The notes under the pieces were generated by a model. The model made no database searches and had not been told where the DNA came from. It worked only from the letters and a program-made list of their open reading frames with translations. A program made the position numbers and the translations under genes. A DNA stretch of 63,010 nt from Candidatus Ratteibacteria bacterium (GTDB lineage Bacteria > CAIJMQ01), in contig JAQURI010000001.1 of the NCBI GenBank assembly GCA_028715665.1, positions 1 to 63,010 on the forward strand. Reading direction: 5' to 3'. This document shows, piece after piece, positions 27,604-36,778 of this stretch (positions within the stretch are counted from its first letter, which is position 1; each line of letters starts with the position of its first letter).

Positions 27604-28008
27604 CTACTCCTCCTGAAGGGTTGGAGCATCCGATTTCATAGCTTCAACTTCTGCAAGAAAATCCATTTGAATATCATAAATACCATCACTATGAGCCGAT
27701 ATATCTCTAACTGAATCAAGTCCAAGTTTTTTATGATTGTTTAAAAAAGACCACGTAACCATTTCATTCTTTCTGGATATTACTACTGCTTTTCTAATAT
27801 TTCCTTTAACTGCGAAAGTTCTTCCTCGAACTAAAGCATCATAATAACATTCTTTGCATACAGGCATACCAGCCCATACACCAGTTTTTGTGATGTCAAC
27901 TTTTTTACCTTTATACATTGGAATTGACCATTTCAATGGGGTACATTCGTTGCATATTGCACAGTTGGTGTATGCTTCGGTCAAATCGATGACAATCTCT
28001 TCATTCAT
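27604..28008 (-). CDS. Hypothetical zinc-ribbon protein
   Basis: The MNEEIV start overlaps the upstream GT2 stop by 8 nt. Contains CAICNEC...CKECYY. Confidence 0.45.
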   Translation of the reverse strand: MNEEIVIDLTEAYTNCAICNECTPLKWSIPMYKGKKVDITKTGVWAGMPVCKECYYDALVRGRTFAVKGNIRKAVVISRKNEMVTWSFLNNHKKLGLDSVRDISAHSDGIYDIQMDFLAEVEAMKSDAPTLQEE

Positions 28009-28903
28009 TTTCAATCCTCCAATCAATAATTCGATATATATATCCCAGCCCAACAGTGGCCGTAAAAGCAACAAGGAAAAATAACTGTATTATACGCTCA
28101 GGGATGCCGGTAAATAGAACATATTTAAGGAACCCCGATTCCTGACTTAATTTATCGGAAGATTTTTCCCCCATCACATGTTTTGAATACCCCTGCCAGA
28201 ACGCACGACGAAACAATGCTTTTAATGCAACCCGCGACTTGAACACTTTATGATGAACAATGGCATCAGGATTATACCAGACACCTGCCCCGGTAAGTTC
28301 TTGAATTCTGTTACAGATATCAGCTTCTTCCCCCTGCAAAACAGTATTTTTTCCAGCATTGAATCCGAATCCAGTATCGAACCCACCGACCCGAAGAAAA
28401 ACATCACGAGCAAAACTTATATTAGACCCATAAGTATTCCTGACAATTTTAATATGTTCAGGGCTGCCTTTGGGATTGGCACCGATGAGCCACCAGAACT
28501 CTTCCGGAATAAAAGCCGACACACCATCTATCCATAAGGGAACAAGTCTTCCTCCGGCGGCGACGGCATCATTTTGACGGTACAAAATAGCCAAATGCGA
28601 TATCCAGTATGGGTCAGCTACAGCATCATCATCAAGAAATGCGACTACATCCCCGGTAGCAATTTCAGCCCCAACATTCCGGCTCTTTGAAAGACCAAGA
28701 TTGATGTCATTGAGATGCATTTTTACGCCAATATCTTGACTTAAAATAGTATCATATAATTCCTTATTCCCATCAACAACGACAATTATTTCAATAAACG
28801 GATATGTTTGATTTTTAACACTATCGATTGCCTCAATTAAATCTGAATATCTTTGTACACTGTACGTACATATGATAACTGAGAACATTAACGAATCGCT
28901 CAT
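28001..28903 (-). CDS. Glycosyltransferase, GT2 family
   Basis: FSVIICTYSVQRYSDLIEAIDSVKNQTYPFIEIIVVVDGN and FLDDDAV motifs. Confidence 0.85.
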   Translation of the reverse strand: MSDSLMFSVIICTYSVQRYSDLIEAIDSVKNQTYPFIEIIVVVDGNKELYDTILSQDIGVKMHLNDINLGLSKSRNVGAEIATGDVVAFLDDDAVADPYWISHLAILYRQNDAVAAGGRLVPLWIDGVSAFIPEEFWWLIGANPKGSPEHIKIVRNTYGSNISFARDVFLRVGGFDTGFGFNAGKNTVLQGEEADICNRIQELTGAGVWYNPDAIVHHKVFKSRVALKALFRRAFWQGYSKHVMGEKSSDKLSQESGFLKYVLFTGIPERIIQLFFLVAFTATVGLGYIYRIIDWRIENE

Positions 28904-28953
28904 GAATCAAAGAAATAAAACATAAAGTAGATAAAGATATCGGGAAACTCCAA

Positions 28954-28986
28954 CGACCGATACCTTTATCGTAATTATGTTTCAAA
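28954..28986 (+). promoter_or_regulatory. Conserved promoter-like cassette, copy 5
   Basis: Sequence CGACCGATACCTTTATCGTAATTATGTTTCAAA. The start codon at 28999 lies 22 nt after the internal ATG. The cassette sits in a divergent intergenic region. Confidence 0.6.
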
Positions 28987-28998
28987 AGGCCAACAAAC

Positions 28999-29823
28999 AT
29001 GAAAACTATAGGTATAATTGGAACCGGCATTATGGGAACCCAACTTACGTGCTTCTTCCTTAGCAGGGGATTCAAAGTCATTGTGAAAACCCACACAGAG
29101 AATAATACTGAGGAACAAATTAAAAAAATAGGAGCGAGAATAAACAAATATTATCCAGGTGGTATTCCGTTAAATAATATTGTTATAACATCAGATTTCA
29201 AAAAATTAAGAGATGTAGACCTTGTAATCGATTGCATAATCGAGAATTTGACCGCAAAACAGGAACTATTCCAAATACTCGAAAAAACATGTTCAAGAAA
29301 AACGATTTTTGCATCGAATACATCCTCAATATCAATAAACAAGATAGCATTACCAACAGACAGGTTAAAACAGACAGTGGTAATCCATTTCTTCAATCCG
29401 GTCGAAAAAATGCATCTGGTAGAAATAAATGCCGGGGCAATAACAACAGTCGAAACTATCGACAAAGCAGTGGAATTAGTAAAATCGCTCGGTAAAACCC
29501 CGATAGTAATGAGGAATATACCGGGTGGAATCGTTAATCGGTTATTGTTTGCATCAATAAACGAAGCTGGTTACATGCTCGAAGAGACAGGATTAACAAT
29601 AAAGAACATTGACGCAGCAATGAAGCTGGGATTAAATCATCCGATGGGTCTGCTGGAATTAGCAGACTTTATTGGATTGGATACTGTTTATAACATATTA
29701 ACAACGTTCAATTCAACAATCGCAGGGTTCAAACCTCCCGCACGAATATTCGAACAAATGATAGAACAGGGAAAATTAGGAAGGAAAACAGGAAGTGGAT
29801 TTTATGAATATAAAAAAGAATAA
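28999..29823 (+). CDS. 3-hydroxyacyl-CoA dehydrogenase (NAD-binding, HBD-like)
   Basis: IGIIGTGIMGTQ Rossmann motif, plus the conserved HFFNPV and NRLL regions of 3-hydroxybutyryl-CoA dehydrogenases. Confidence 0.85.
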   Translation: MKTIGIIGTGIMGTQLTCFFLSRGFKVIVKTHTENNTEEQIKKIGARINKYYPGGIPLNNIVITSDFKKLRDVDLVIDCIIENLTAKQELFQILEKTCSRKTIFASNTSSISINKIALPTDRLKQTVVIHFFNPVEKMHLVEINAGAITTVETIDKAVELVKSLGKTPIVMRNIPGGIVNRLLFASINEAGYMLEETGLTIKNIDAAMKLGLNHPMGLLELADFIGLDTVYNILTTFNSTIAGFKPPARIFEQMIEQGKLGRKTGSGFYEYKKE

Positions 29824-30481
29824 AGTGTATATTCTTGGCGCAGGTGGATTTGCACGAGAAGTTCTGAACATATTTACAGACCTCGGAGCGGAAAGCTCTG
29901 TACGGGGATTTATTGAAGAAAGCATTTCCCGTGTTGGAAAACGATTGAATGGAAAAGATATTCATAGCTCCATAATTCTTAACCCCTCAACCGGACTCGA
30001 CCCAAAGGAAACCAATTTAATTTGTGCAATTGGAACCCCATTACGAAAACGGTGGATTGAGGAAACAAAAGCACAAGGATATGATTACATCGCAGTAGTT
30101 CATCCAAGCACAATAAACTCAAGATGGATAACTCTGGGAGAAGGTGTAATCATCTGCGCCGGGAACATCCTGACAAGCCAGATATCAATTGGAAATCACT
30201 CCATAATAAATCTCGGTTGCACAATAGGGCATGATGTATCAATAGGAAAGTATACAACAGTCTCTCCCGGAGTGCACATATCAGGAAAAGTAACAATAGG
30301 AGATGAATGCTTCATTGGCACCGGGTCTGTAATTGTCGAAAAAGTATCAATTGGAAACAGGTCATTCATAGGCGCAGGAGCCGTGGTAACGAAAGACATC
30401 CCAGAAGACACGCTGGCAATGGGTGTCCCGGCAAAGTTGATACGAACATTAACGGAAGAGGAATGGAGGAGATTAATCTAA
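29804..30481 (+). CDS. Sugar N-acyltransferase, NeuD/PglD family (left-handed beta-helix)
   Basis: VYILGAGGFAREV N-terminal domain followed by hexapeptide repeats (IGNHSIINLGCTIGHDVSIGKYTTV...). Confidence 0.85.
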   Translation: MNIKKNKVYILGAGGFAREVLNIFTDLGAESSVRGFIEESISRVGKRLNGKDIHSSIILNPSTGLDPKETNLICAIGTPLRKRWIEETKAQGYDYIAVVHPSTINSRWITLGEGVIICAGNILTSQISIGNHSIINLGCTIGHDVSIGKYTTVSPGVHISGKVTIGDECFIGTGSVIVEKVSIGNRSFIGAGAVVTKDIPEDTLAMGVPAKLIRTLTEEEWRRLI

Positions 30482-31131
30482 TGCAAGTAATAGAATTGAT
30501 GAAAAGGCAAATTCAACGAACAAGATGCCGGATTTTATCAAAAAACCGAATTAATAAAATTATAACTGATATGGGGGGCTACCCAATAAAATTACATTTG
30601 GGCTGTGGTGGTCATGTTAGAGCCGGCTGGGTCAATTGCGACCTGAATCCAAAAGACAAAATCGTTTTACCTGTGGATTTACTTAATGCATTTCCCTTTC
30701 CTGAAGAGAGTGTTAGATTATGCTATGCAGAGCACGTACTCGAACATTTTTCCATAGAAGAATTACGACTCGTATTAAAAAACATATTCAAAGTAATGCA
30801 GGCAGGCGGGACGTTCCGGATAGCACAACCTGATTTACAGGCAATGATAAAAGATAGCCTGTACTCATACGGTTGGAAGATTGAGAAGATGAAATATTCC
30901 AAAACAAAGGATAAAAACATCTACACTGGCACACATTATTTGAATTTCATTTGGAATGAATGGGGGCATAAATTCAATCATTCCTACGATTCTTTGAAAT
31001 ACGAACTGAATCTTGCCGGTTTCAGAGAAGTAACACCGTGCACATATCATAAATCAGGGACGCCAGCACTGTGTTTCTTGGAAAAACACACTCCTTCCGA
31101 AGACGCCCTTATTTGTGAGGCGATAAAGTGA
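30481..31131 (+). CDS. SAM-dependent methyltransferase
   Basis: The ATG at 30481 overlaps the upstream stop. LHLGCGGHVRAGWVNCD motif I. Confidence 0.7.
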   Translation: MQVIELMKRQIQRTRCRILSKNRINKIITDMGGYPIKLHLGCGGHVRAGWVNCDLNPKDKIVLPVDLLNAFPFPEESVRLCYAEHVLEHFSIEELRLVLKNIFKVMQAGGTFRIAQPDLQAMIKDSLYSYGWKIEKMKYSKTKDKNIYTGTHYLNFIWNEWGHKFNHSYDSLKYELNLAGFREVTPCTYHKSGTPALCFLEKHTPSEDALICEAIK

Positions 31132-32288
31132 ACAAGCTGGCATTCACCAACCCGATATACGTTACCCGTCCATTATTACCAGACCTAAAAGACCTGATGG
31201 CCAGACTACAGGAAGTATGGGATTCTCAATGGTTAACGAATTTCGGAGCACAGCACAAGCTCTTAGAACAGAGATTAACAAAGCTTTTGAAAGTACAGAA
31301 CGTTTCACTATTCAATAACGGGACGATAGCACTCATCACAGCCTGCCAGAGTCTGAGATTATCGGGCGAAGTAATAACGACCCCCTTCACATTCGCAGCC
31401 ACCCCACATGTTTTAACGTGGAACGGCATCAAACCCATTTTCTGTGATATCAATCCAGAGACGATGAACATAGACGAAACAAAGATTGAATCCATGATTA
31501 CCCCTGAGACCACAGGTATCCTTGGAGTTCATGTATTCGGCGTTCCATGCAACGTTAAGGTGATTCAGGACATTGCAGACAGGTACGGCCTTAAAGTCAT
31601 ATACGATGCTGCACATGCATTCCAGTGTGAAATAAACGATATCGGAATTGGAAATTTCGGGGACATTACGATGTTCAGTTTCCATGCAACCAAATTATTT
31701 CATACAGGGGAAGGTGGAGCACTTACATTCAAAGACCACAATCTAAAACAGAGACTTGATTTACTCAAGAATTTCGGGATAAAGAATGAAGAAGAAGTTG
31801 TCATGCCGGGCATAAACGGAAAGATGAATGAAATTCAGGCTGCACTGGGTCTAGCGGTCTTGGACATCCTGAATGAGGAACATATTAAAAGAGAGCGACT
31901 GCTTGAAGTGTACCGTGAACAACTCAGCGATGTGGATGGAATCACATTTCAGAAGGAGTTAAAATCAGTAACGCAGTCTAGTAATCAGTATTTCGTTATA
32001 AGAATCAATGAAAACCGCTTCGGAACATCAAGAAATACAGTCCATGACCGGCTAAAAAAGTATAATGTAATTGCCCGGAAATATTTTTATCCACTATGTA
32101 GCGATTATACCTGTTATCGTCATTTACCATCATCGAAAAAAGAGAATTTACCGGTTGCCAATATGGTAGTAAATGAAACACTGGCACTTCCATTATACGG
32201 AAGATTGACTGAAGATGACGTGATAAAGATTTGTGACATCATAAAACAGGAGTCGCCGTCAATCCCTGCACCCCACGGAGGACTATAA
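31128..32288 (+). CDS. DegT/DnrJ/EryC1-family PLP-dependent sugar aminotransferase
   Basis: YDAAHAF and SFHATKLFHTGEGGAL (PLP-lysine) motifs. 386 aa. Confidence 0.9.
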   Translation: MNKLAFTNPIYVTRPLLPDLKDLMARLQEVWDSQWLTNFGAQHKLLEQRLTKLLKVQNVSLFNNGTIALITACQSLRLSGEVITTPFTFAATPHVLTWNGIKPIFCDINPETMNIDETKIESMITPETTGILGVHVFGVPCNVKVIQDIADRYGLKVIYDAAHAFQCEINDIGIGNFGDITMFSFHATKLFHTGEGGALTFKDHNLKQRLDLLKNFGIKNEEEVVMPGINGKMNEIQAALGLAVLDILNEEHIKRERLLEVYREQLSDVDGITFQKELKSVTQSSNQYFVIRINENRFGTSRNTVHDRLKKYNVIARKYFYPLCSDYTCYRHLPSSKKENLPVANMVVNETLALPLYGRLTEDDVIKICDIIKQESPSIPAPHGGL

Positions 32289-33133
32289 TGAAACTGGGAA
32301 TCGTTTGCCCAATCGGAAATCTCAAAGAGCATGGTTATCATCATATCAGCGATACGGTACTTCAATCATTCTGTGATTTTGCAGATAAAGTATTATTGAT
32401 TTCAACAACGGAAACCCCCGGAACAATAAACAATAAAAATCCAAAAATACAATTAATATCCACGAATGAGACATGGTTTAAAGATAATCGATATTCCATG
32501 GAGGGGCTGGTAAATAATTGCAATATTGGAATGAAAATACTGATTGATGACGGGTTCGATGTTGTAATGTTCTTATCGATTAATCAGTATATACCGAGTA
32601 CGAATTTCGAGAATATCAAGAATTATATTCAAGACTTTTTAGAGCAAGACAAGCCCCATACATATCTTTATAAAATGTATCAGTATATTTCGGATTTATA
32701 TGATGCTGATACTAGATTACCATGGATTTTGAATTTACATCATAATACATCTGTATTTGCTGCGGATTCATTAATAATATCAAAAAAACTGTGGTTCCTA
32801 ACATACAAAAGAACAGAAAAAATCAGGAACGCGGATTATAAAAAATATAATAATATTGCGATTGTAGATGTGGTTGGAGAACTCACAAAAGAAGAAGCTG
32901 CGAGATTATGGACGTTCGTAGGCGACGGACAGGGTTATTATCATAAAAAGTTATACGCTGATAACAATGGGAATTACGAACATTCTCAAATGTTAAAGCA
33001 ATTCAAAACCAAACTCCAGCGCAGGAACATAAGTTCAAAACCGCTTGATATTTATGGGAAGATTATCAGTGACGGTAGCAGTTTAAACTATATCAGTCAC
33101 GAACTTTTTACCGGAACGAGGATAAAACCATGA
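32288..33133 (+). CDS. Hypothetical protein
   Basis: 281-aa ORF, translationally coupled between the aminotransferase and aglB. Confidence 0.55.
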   Translation: MKLGIVCPIGNLKEHGYHHISDTVLQSFCDFADKVLLISTTETPGTINNKNPKIQLISTNETWFKDNRYSMEGLVNNCNIGMKILIDDGFDVVMFLSINQYIPSTNFENIKNYIQDFLEQDKPHTYLYKMYQYISDLYDADTRLPWILNLHHNTSVFAADSLIISKKLWFLTYKRTEKIRNADYKKYNNIAIVDVVGELTKEEAARLWTFVGDGQGYYHKKLYADNNGNYEHSQMLKQFKTKLQRRNISSKPLDIYGKIISDGSSLNYISHELFTGTRIKP

Positions 33134-35724
33134 AAAAAATAAAAAATAATAAGAAACAGGAACCGCTGACGAAGATATCTGAAACGGACAGTGGAGCACG
33201 CAGGGCAAACATAATCACGGGACTGATAGTAGCGTTTTTTGTAGGGGTCTCATTTTATGTTAGGGCAATAATCCCATATGAACGCATGTCACAAGTAATG
33301 GCAGAAGGACTTACTTTTGCAATGGACGATGCAGTATTTCATATGCGTCTTGTGGAAAACACAATTGCTAATTTTCCAAACAGGATTTTCTATGATGCGT
33401 TCACTCAATTTCCATATGGGAACAGGCTGCACTGGGGAGCATTATTTGACCAGACAATAGCAGCAATATCAATCATAGCAGGACGGATATTTGATGGCGG
33501 GGCACCATCCCAGTTAACAATTAATACTGTCGGTTCCTTTTATCCGGCTGTACTAGGTGCTTTATGCGTAATACCAGCATTCTACATCGCAAAAGAACTG
33601 GCCGGAAGAAAAGCCGGTATAATTGCAGCGGCTCTTACCGCACTTCTGCCGGGTCAGTTCCTGTCGAGGTCTGTACTGGGATTCACAGACAATCACATTG
33701 CAGAAGTTCTATTCCTTACAATAGCAGTAATGTATTTTGTAATGGCTCTCAAGAAATCAGAATCATTGACGTTCGATAACTTCCGGGAAAGCAAAGTTCA
33801 TTTAGTGATACCGGGATTCATAAATGCAATAATGGCTGGTTTTTTCCTCGGTATTTATCTCCTGAACTGGACTGCGGGAGTGTTTTTCATTGTAGTGTTT
33901 GGAATTTTTATAGGACTTCAGTTCGTAATAGATAACCTCAAATCCAAACCAACGGATTATCTGATAATAATCAGCATTCCACTATTCATAATCCCGGCAT
34001 TACTGGTTTCTCCTTATGTGGAAATCGGAAATGGATTCGATTCAGCATATTATTCACTTCTTCATATCGTTGTACCTTTAATCGGGTTAGCGATGACCGC
34101 ACTTCTCTATACTATCTTAAAAAAGATGAAACCAAGCCCCATTGCGTTTATAATAATTCTGGCTGTTATTATGGGTGTTGGAGGGCTAGTTATAAAACTC
34201 ATATTACCAGACCTGTTCGCAACAACACTGGGTAATATGGCGATTATGTTTTCTGCACGTACAGGCGGGCAAGCGACGGTAGCTGAAGCCCAAACAATGA
34301 ATACAGCAACAGCGGTCGGATATTTCGGGATAAATTATTATTTGTCATTCATCGGTCTGGCAATAATTGGATATATAAGCATAAGACGGCAGAAACCAGA
34401 ATACACACTGGTAGCAGTATGGAGCATCTTCATTTTACTGATATCGCTGGCAGAACTCAGATTCAGTTATTACTATGCCATTAACGTAGCTGTTATGACA
34501 TCAGTATGGGCAGCATTTATACTGGACTGGGTTGGATGGAAAGAATTCAATTTAAATTCAATAAAAAATACAATCTCAAGTCTGAAAGCATATCCGATAA
34601 TTATTCTATTAATTCTTATAGTTGGAATGATATTTTATCCGCAGGACTCATCAATATTCAAAATATCAACCACAGCGACAAAAAGCGGTGCCCTAACCGC
34701 AGGGTACTTTGAATGGTATGATGCTATGAAATGGATGAGGAACAATACCCCGGACACGGGCGTAGACTATTACGGAACATATACACGTCCGGCACAGGGC
34801 GAAAAATACCCATATCCATCCACAGCATATGGTGTAATGTCATGGTGGGATTATGGTCATGATATAACGTATTGGGGTCACAGGATACCTAATGCAAACC
34901 CATTTCAGGCAGGAATTGGCGGTGGAGACACACACAGCCCCGGAGCATCGACGTTCCTGACGGCACAGACAGAACAAGAAGCAAATAAAATTCTGGATGA
35001 ATTAGGAACACGATATATAGTAACAGATGGGTTCATGGCATATGGTATTCAGAATATAATCGCAACATGGAATAAACAGACTGATATCATGGACGCGGGA
35101 TTTAGCGGAACTACCGAGTTTCAGCCAAACAAGTTCTATATAACTGGAATACGAACAAACAATGGATACCAGCAGGCTCCCGGCCTGAAATCTTTTACCA
35201 GCATGACCGGAAAACTACATATTCTCGATACAGACGGATTGCAAAGATATCGATTGGTTCATGAAACATTCCCAAGTCCGGCAACACTAAACGCTAAAGT
35301 TGGAGGAGGAAACCCTCAGCTTGAGGAACAATCAAAAGCATTATACAATTTGATGTTCGGTCATAACACAGCTTCACAGGCCATAGCTCCACAGGCGACC
35401 GGATACGTCAAAATATTTGAATACGTAAAAGGCGGGAACATATTCGGGACGGCTCCAGCGAATACCACCGTATCTATATCCCTGCCGATAAAAACCAACC
35501 AAGGCCGTGAATTTAAATATACTCAAACAACTATGAGCGACAGGCATGGCCTGTTCTCATTAGTTGTCCCGTATTCAACGACTGGCTGGGAAACAAGAAC
35601 TACAAATTTCGATACAAAACCGACAGGAAAATATGTAATTTCAGTTAATGGCAAGTCAAAGGAATTCGATATGACGGAATCCCAAATAGTATTGGGAAGG
35701 TCAATTTCAATTGGCATGACATAA
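33130..35724 (+). CDS. aglB: Archaeal oligosaccharyltransferase AglB (STT3 family)
   Basis: Multi-TM N-terminal half and the catalytic WWDYGH motif (MSWWDYGHDITYWG). 864 aa. Confidence 0.92.
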   Translation: MKKIKNNKKQEPLTKISETDSGARRANIITGLIVAFFVGVSFYVRAIIPYERMSQVMAEGLTFAMDDAVFHMRLVENTIANFPNRIFYDAFTQFPYGNRLHWGALFDQTIAAISIIAGRIFDGGAPSQLTINTVGSFYPAVLGALCVIPAFYIAKELAGRKAGIIAAALTALLPGQFLSRSVLGFTDNHIAEVLFLTIAVMYFVMALKKSESLTFDNFRESKVHLVIPGFINAIMAGFFLGIYLLNWTAGVFFIVVFGIFIGLQFVIDNLKSKPTDYLIIISIPLFIIPALLVSPYVEIGNGFDSAYYSLLHIVVPLIGLAMTALLYTILKKMKPSPIAFIIILAVIMGVGGLVIKLILPDLFATTLGNMAIMFSARTGGQATVAEAQTMNTATAVGYFGINYYLSFIGLAIIGYISIRRQKPEYTLVAVWSIFILLISLAELRFSYYYAINVAVMTSVWAAFILDWVGWKEFNLNSIKNTISSLKAYPIIILLILIVGMIFYPQDSSIFKISTTATKSGALTAGYFEWYDAMKWMRNNTPDTGVDYYGTYTRPAQGEKYPYPSTAYGVMSWWDYGHDITYWGHRIPNANPFQAGIGGGDTHSPGASTFLTAQTEQEANKILDELGTRYIVTDGFMAYGIQNIIATWNKQTDIMDAGFSGTTEFQPNKFYITGIRTNNGYQQAPGLKSFTSMTGKLHILDTDGLQRYRLVHETFPSPATLNAKVGGGNPQLEEQSKALYNLMFGHNTASQAIAPQATGYVKIFEYVKGGNIFGTAPANTTVSISLPIKTNQGREFKYTQTTMSDRHGLFSLVVPYSTTGWETRTTNFDTKPTGKYVISVNGKSKEFDMTESQIVLGRSISIGMT

Positions 35725-35732
35725 TTTTTTTT
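35725..35732 (+). terminator. Oligo-T tract (archaeal-type terminator)
   Basis: T8 immediately after the aglB stop codon, followed by two TTTATAAA-like TATA boxes. Confidence 0.5.
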
Positions 35733-35851
35733 GTTGGTTGCCGGGGAACCAAGCCATGGAAACCTTTATAAACGAAATGTTATATACCATCATATAATAG
35801 TTTATAAAAGGAGGATTCCCTACGAGAACAACTAACCTGTTAAAACTACTC

Positions 35852-36736
35852 ATGTTGGTAGTTATAGTATCGATAATGAACATAGGAATGGTAACAGCAA
35901 GCACAGAACACTGCAATGCTGGAGCCAACCAGACAAACATCTCCGGTAATGTACTGTCCTTCAACGGCACGGCAATTGCAGGCGCAACTGTATTTAACGT
36001 ATCGAACAGTTCAGTTACAACCACAACCGATGCAAACGGATTATTTAACCTGACCTGTGTCGGGGAAAGTATGGCGGGAGATAATGGCGGAAATGGTATA
36101 ACTTATGGAACAATGAAAGTAAAAGCCGCAGGATATACTGAAGTATCAGTGTTATTTGCACTATATCCGGGCAACCTGTCGGGAAAATATTTTTATAACG
36201 ACAGTTTCCTGACAGCAAACGGGCACAACATCTCCATGGATGCAATTGACCCATCATTGTCCGGGGCGGCGGCCAGCAGCATAACCAGAACTACGGCAAC
36301 ATTCGGATGGACAGTAGCGACATCAACAGATAATCTGACAAACGCATATGTCGGGAACAGAATCATCTGGTATTCAGGCGGTATTGTTAACCAGACAAGT
36401 TCATGGACGAACAGCACCCTGACACCATCGGTATCCCTGTCAAGCCTGCATGATGGTCAATTATATTCTGTAATCTACGAGACCTACAACAGGGCGGATT
36501 CCGCAGGGCACAGAACAATATCGTCAACCACATTTACGACAAAGAAATCCCAAATGGGCGCAATCCTTGCTTCTGAGGAAAGGAGCACGGTTAAGCCAAC
36601 AACAACAGCCCCATCCGGGGCACTCGCAATCCTGACCTCGCCGAATAAGACCCCGCAACAGCGCAACATAATTGTAGTTGGGATTGTAGCAATACTTGGT
36701 ATAATAGTCTACTTCGGCTATTACGCTAAGAAGTAA
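35852..36736 (+). CDS. Secreted, sequon-rich glycoprotein with C-terminal TM anchor
   Basis: Signal peptide, many N-x-S/T sites, and C-terminal IVVGIVAILGIIVYFGYYAKK. Confidence 0.6.
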   Translation: MLVVIVSIMNIGMVTASTEHCNAGANQTNISGNVLSFNGTAIAGATVFNVSNSSVTTTTDANGLFNLTCVGESMAGDNGGNGITYGTMKVKAAGYTEVSVLFALYPGNLSGKYFYNDSFLTANGHNISMDAIDPSLSGAAASSITRTTATFGWTVATSTDNLTNAYVGNRIIWYSGGIVNQTSSWTNSTLTPSVSLSSLHDGQLYSVIYETYNRADSAGHRTISSTTFTTKKSQMGAILASEERSTVKPTTTAPSGALAILTSPNKTPQQRNIIVVGIVAILGIIVYFGYYAKK

Positions 36737-36778
36737 GGGTTAAGGAGGACGAGGGGGATTTTCACCCCCTCATAAACT

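Noticed and set aside
27604-27606. In-frame TAG between the zinc-ribbon ORF and the epimerase, read as a pyrrolysine codon.
   Set aside because: TAG is used as an ordinary stop by several well-supported genes in this window (for example 9610, 10262, 14392, the tnpB stop at 18994, and 62260), which argues against systematic TAG decoding. It is kept only as a minor alternative in the finding on the missing start codon.
35760-35800. CCTTTATAAACGAAATGTT upstream of 35852, considered as a ninth degenerate cassette copy.
   Set aside because: Only the outer 7 + 5 nt match. The TGACCGATA arm and the inverted repeat are absent, so this is probably just an ordinary TATA box.
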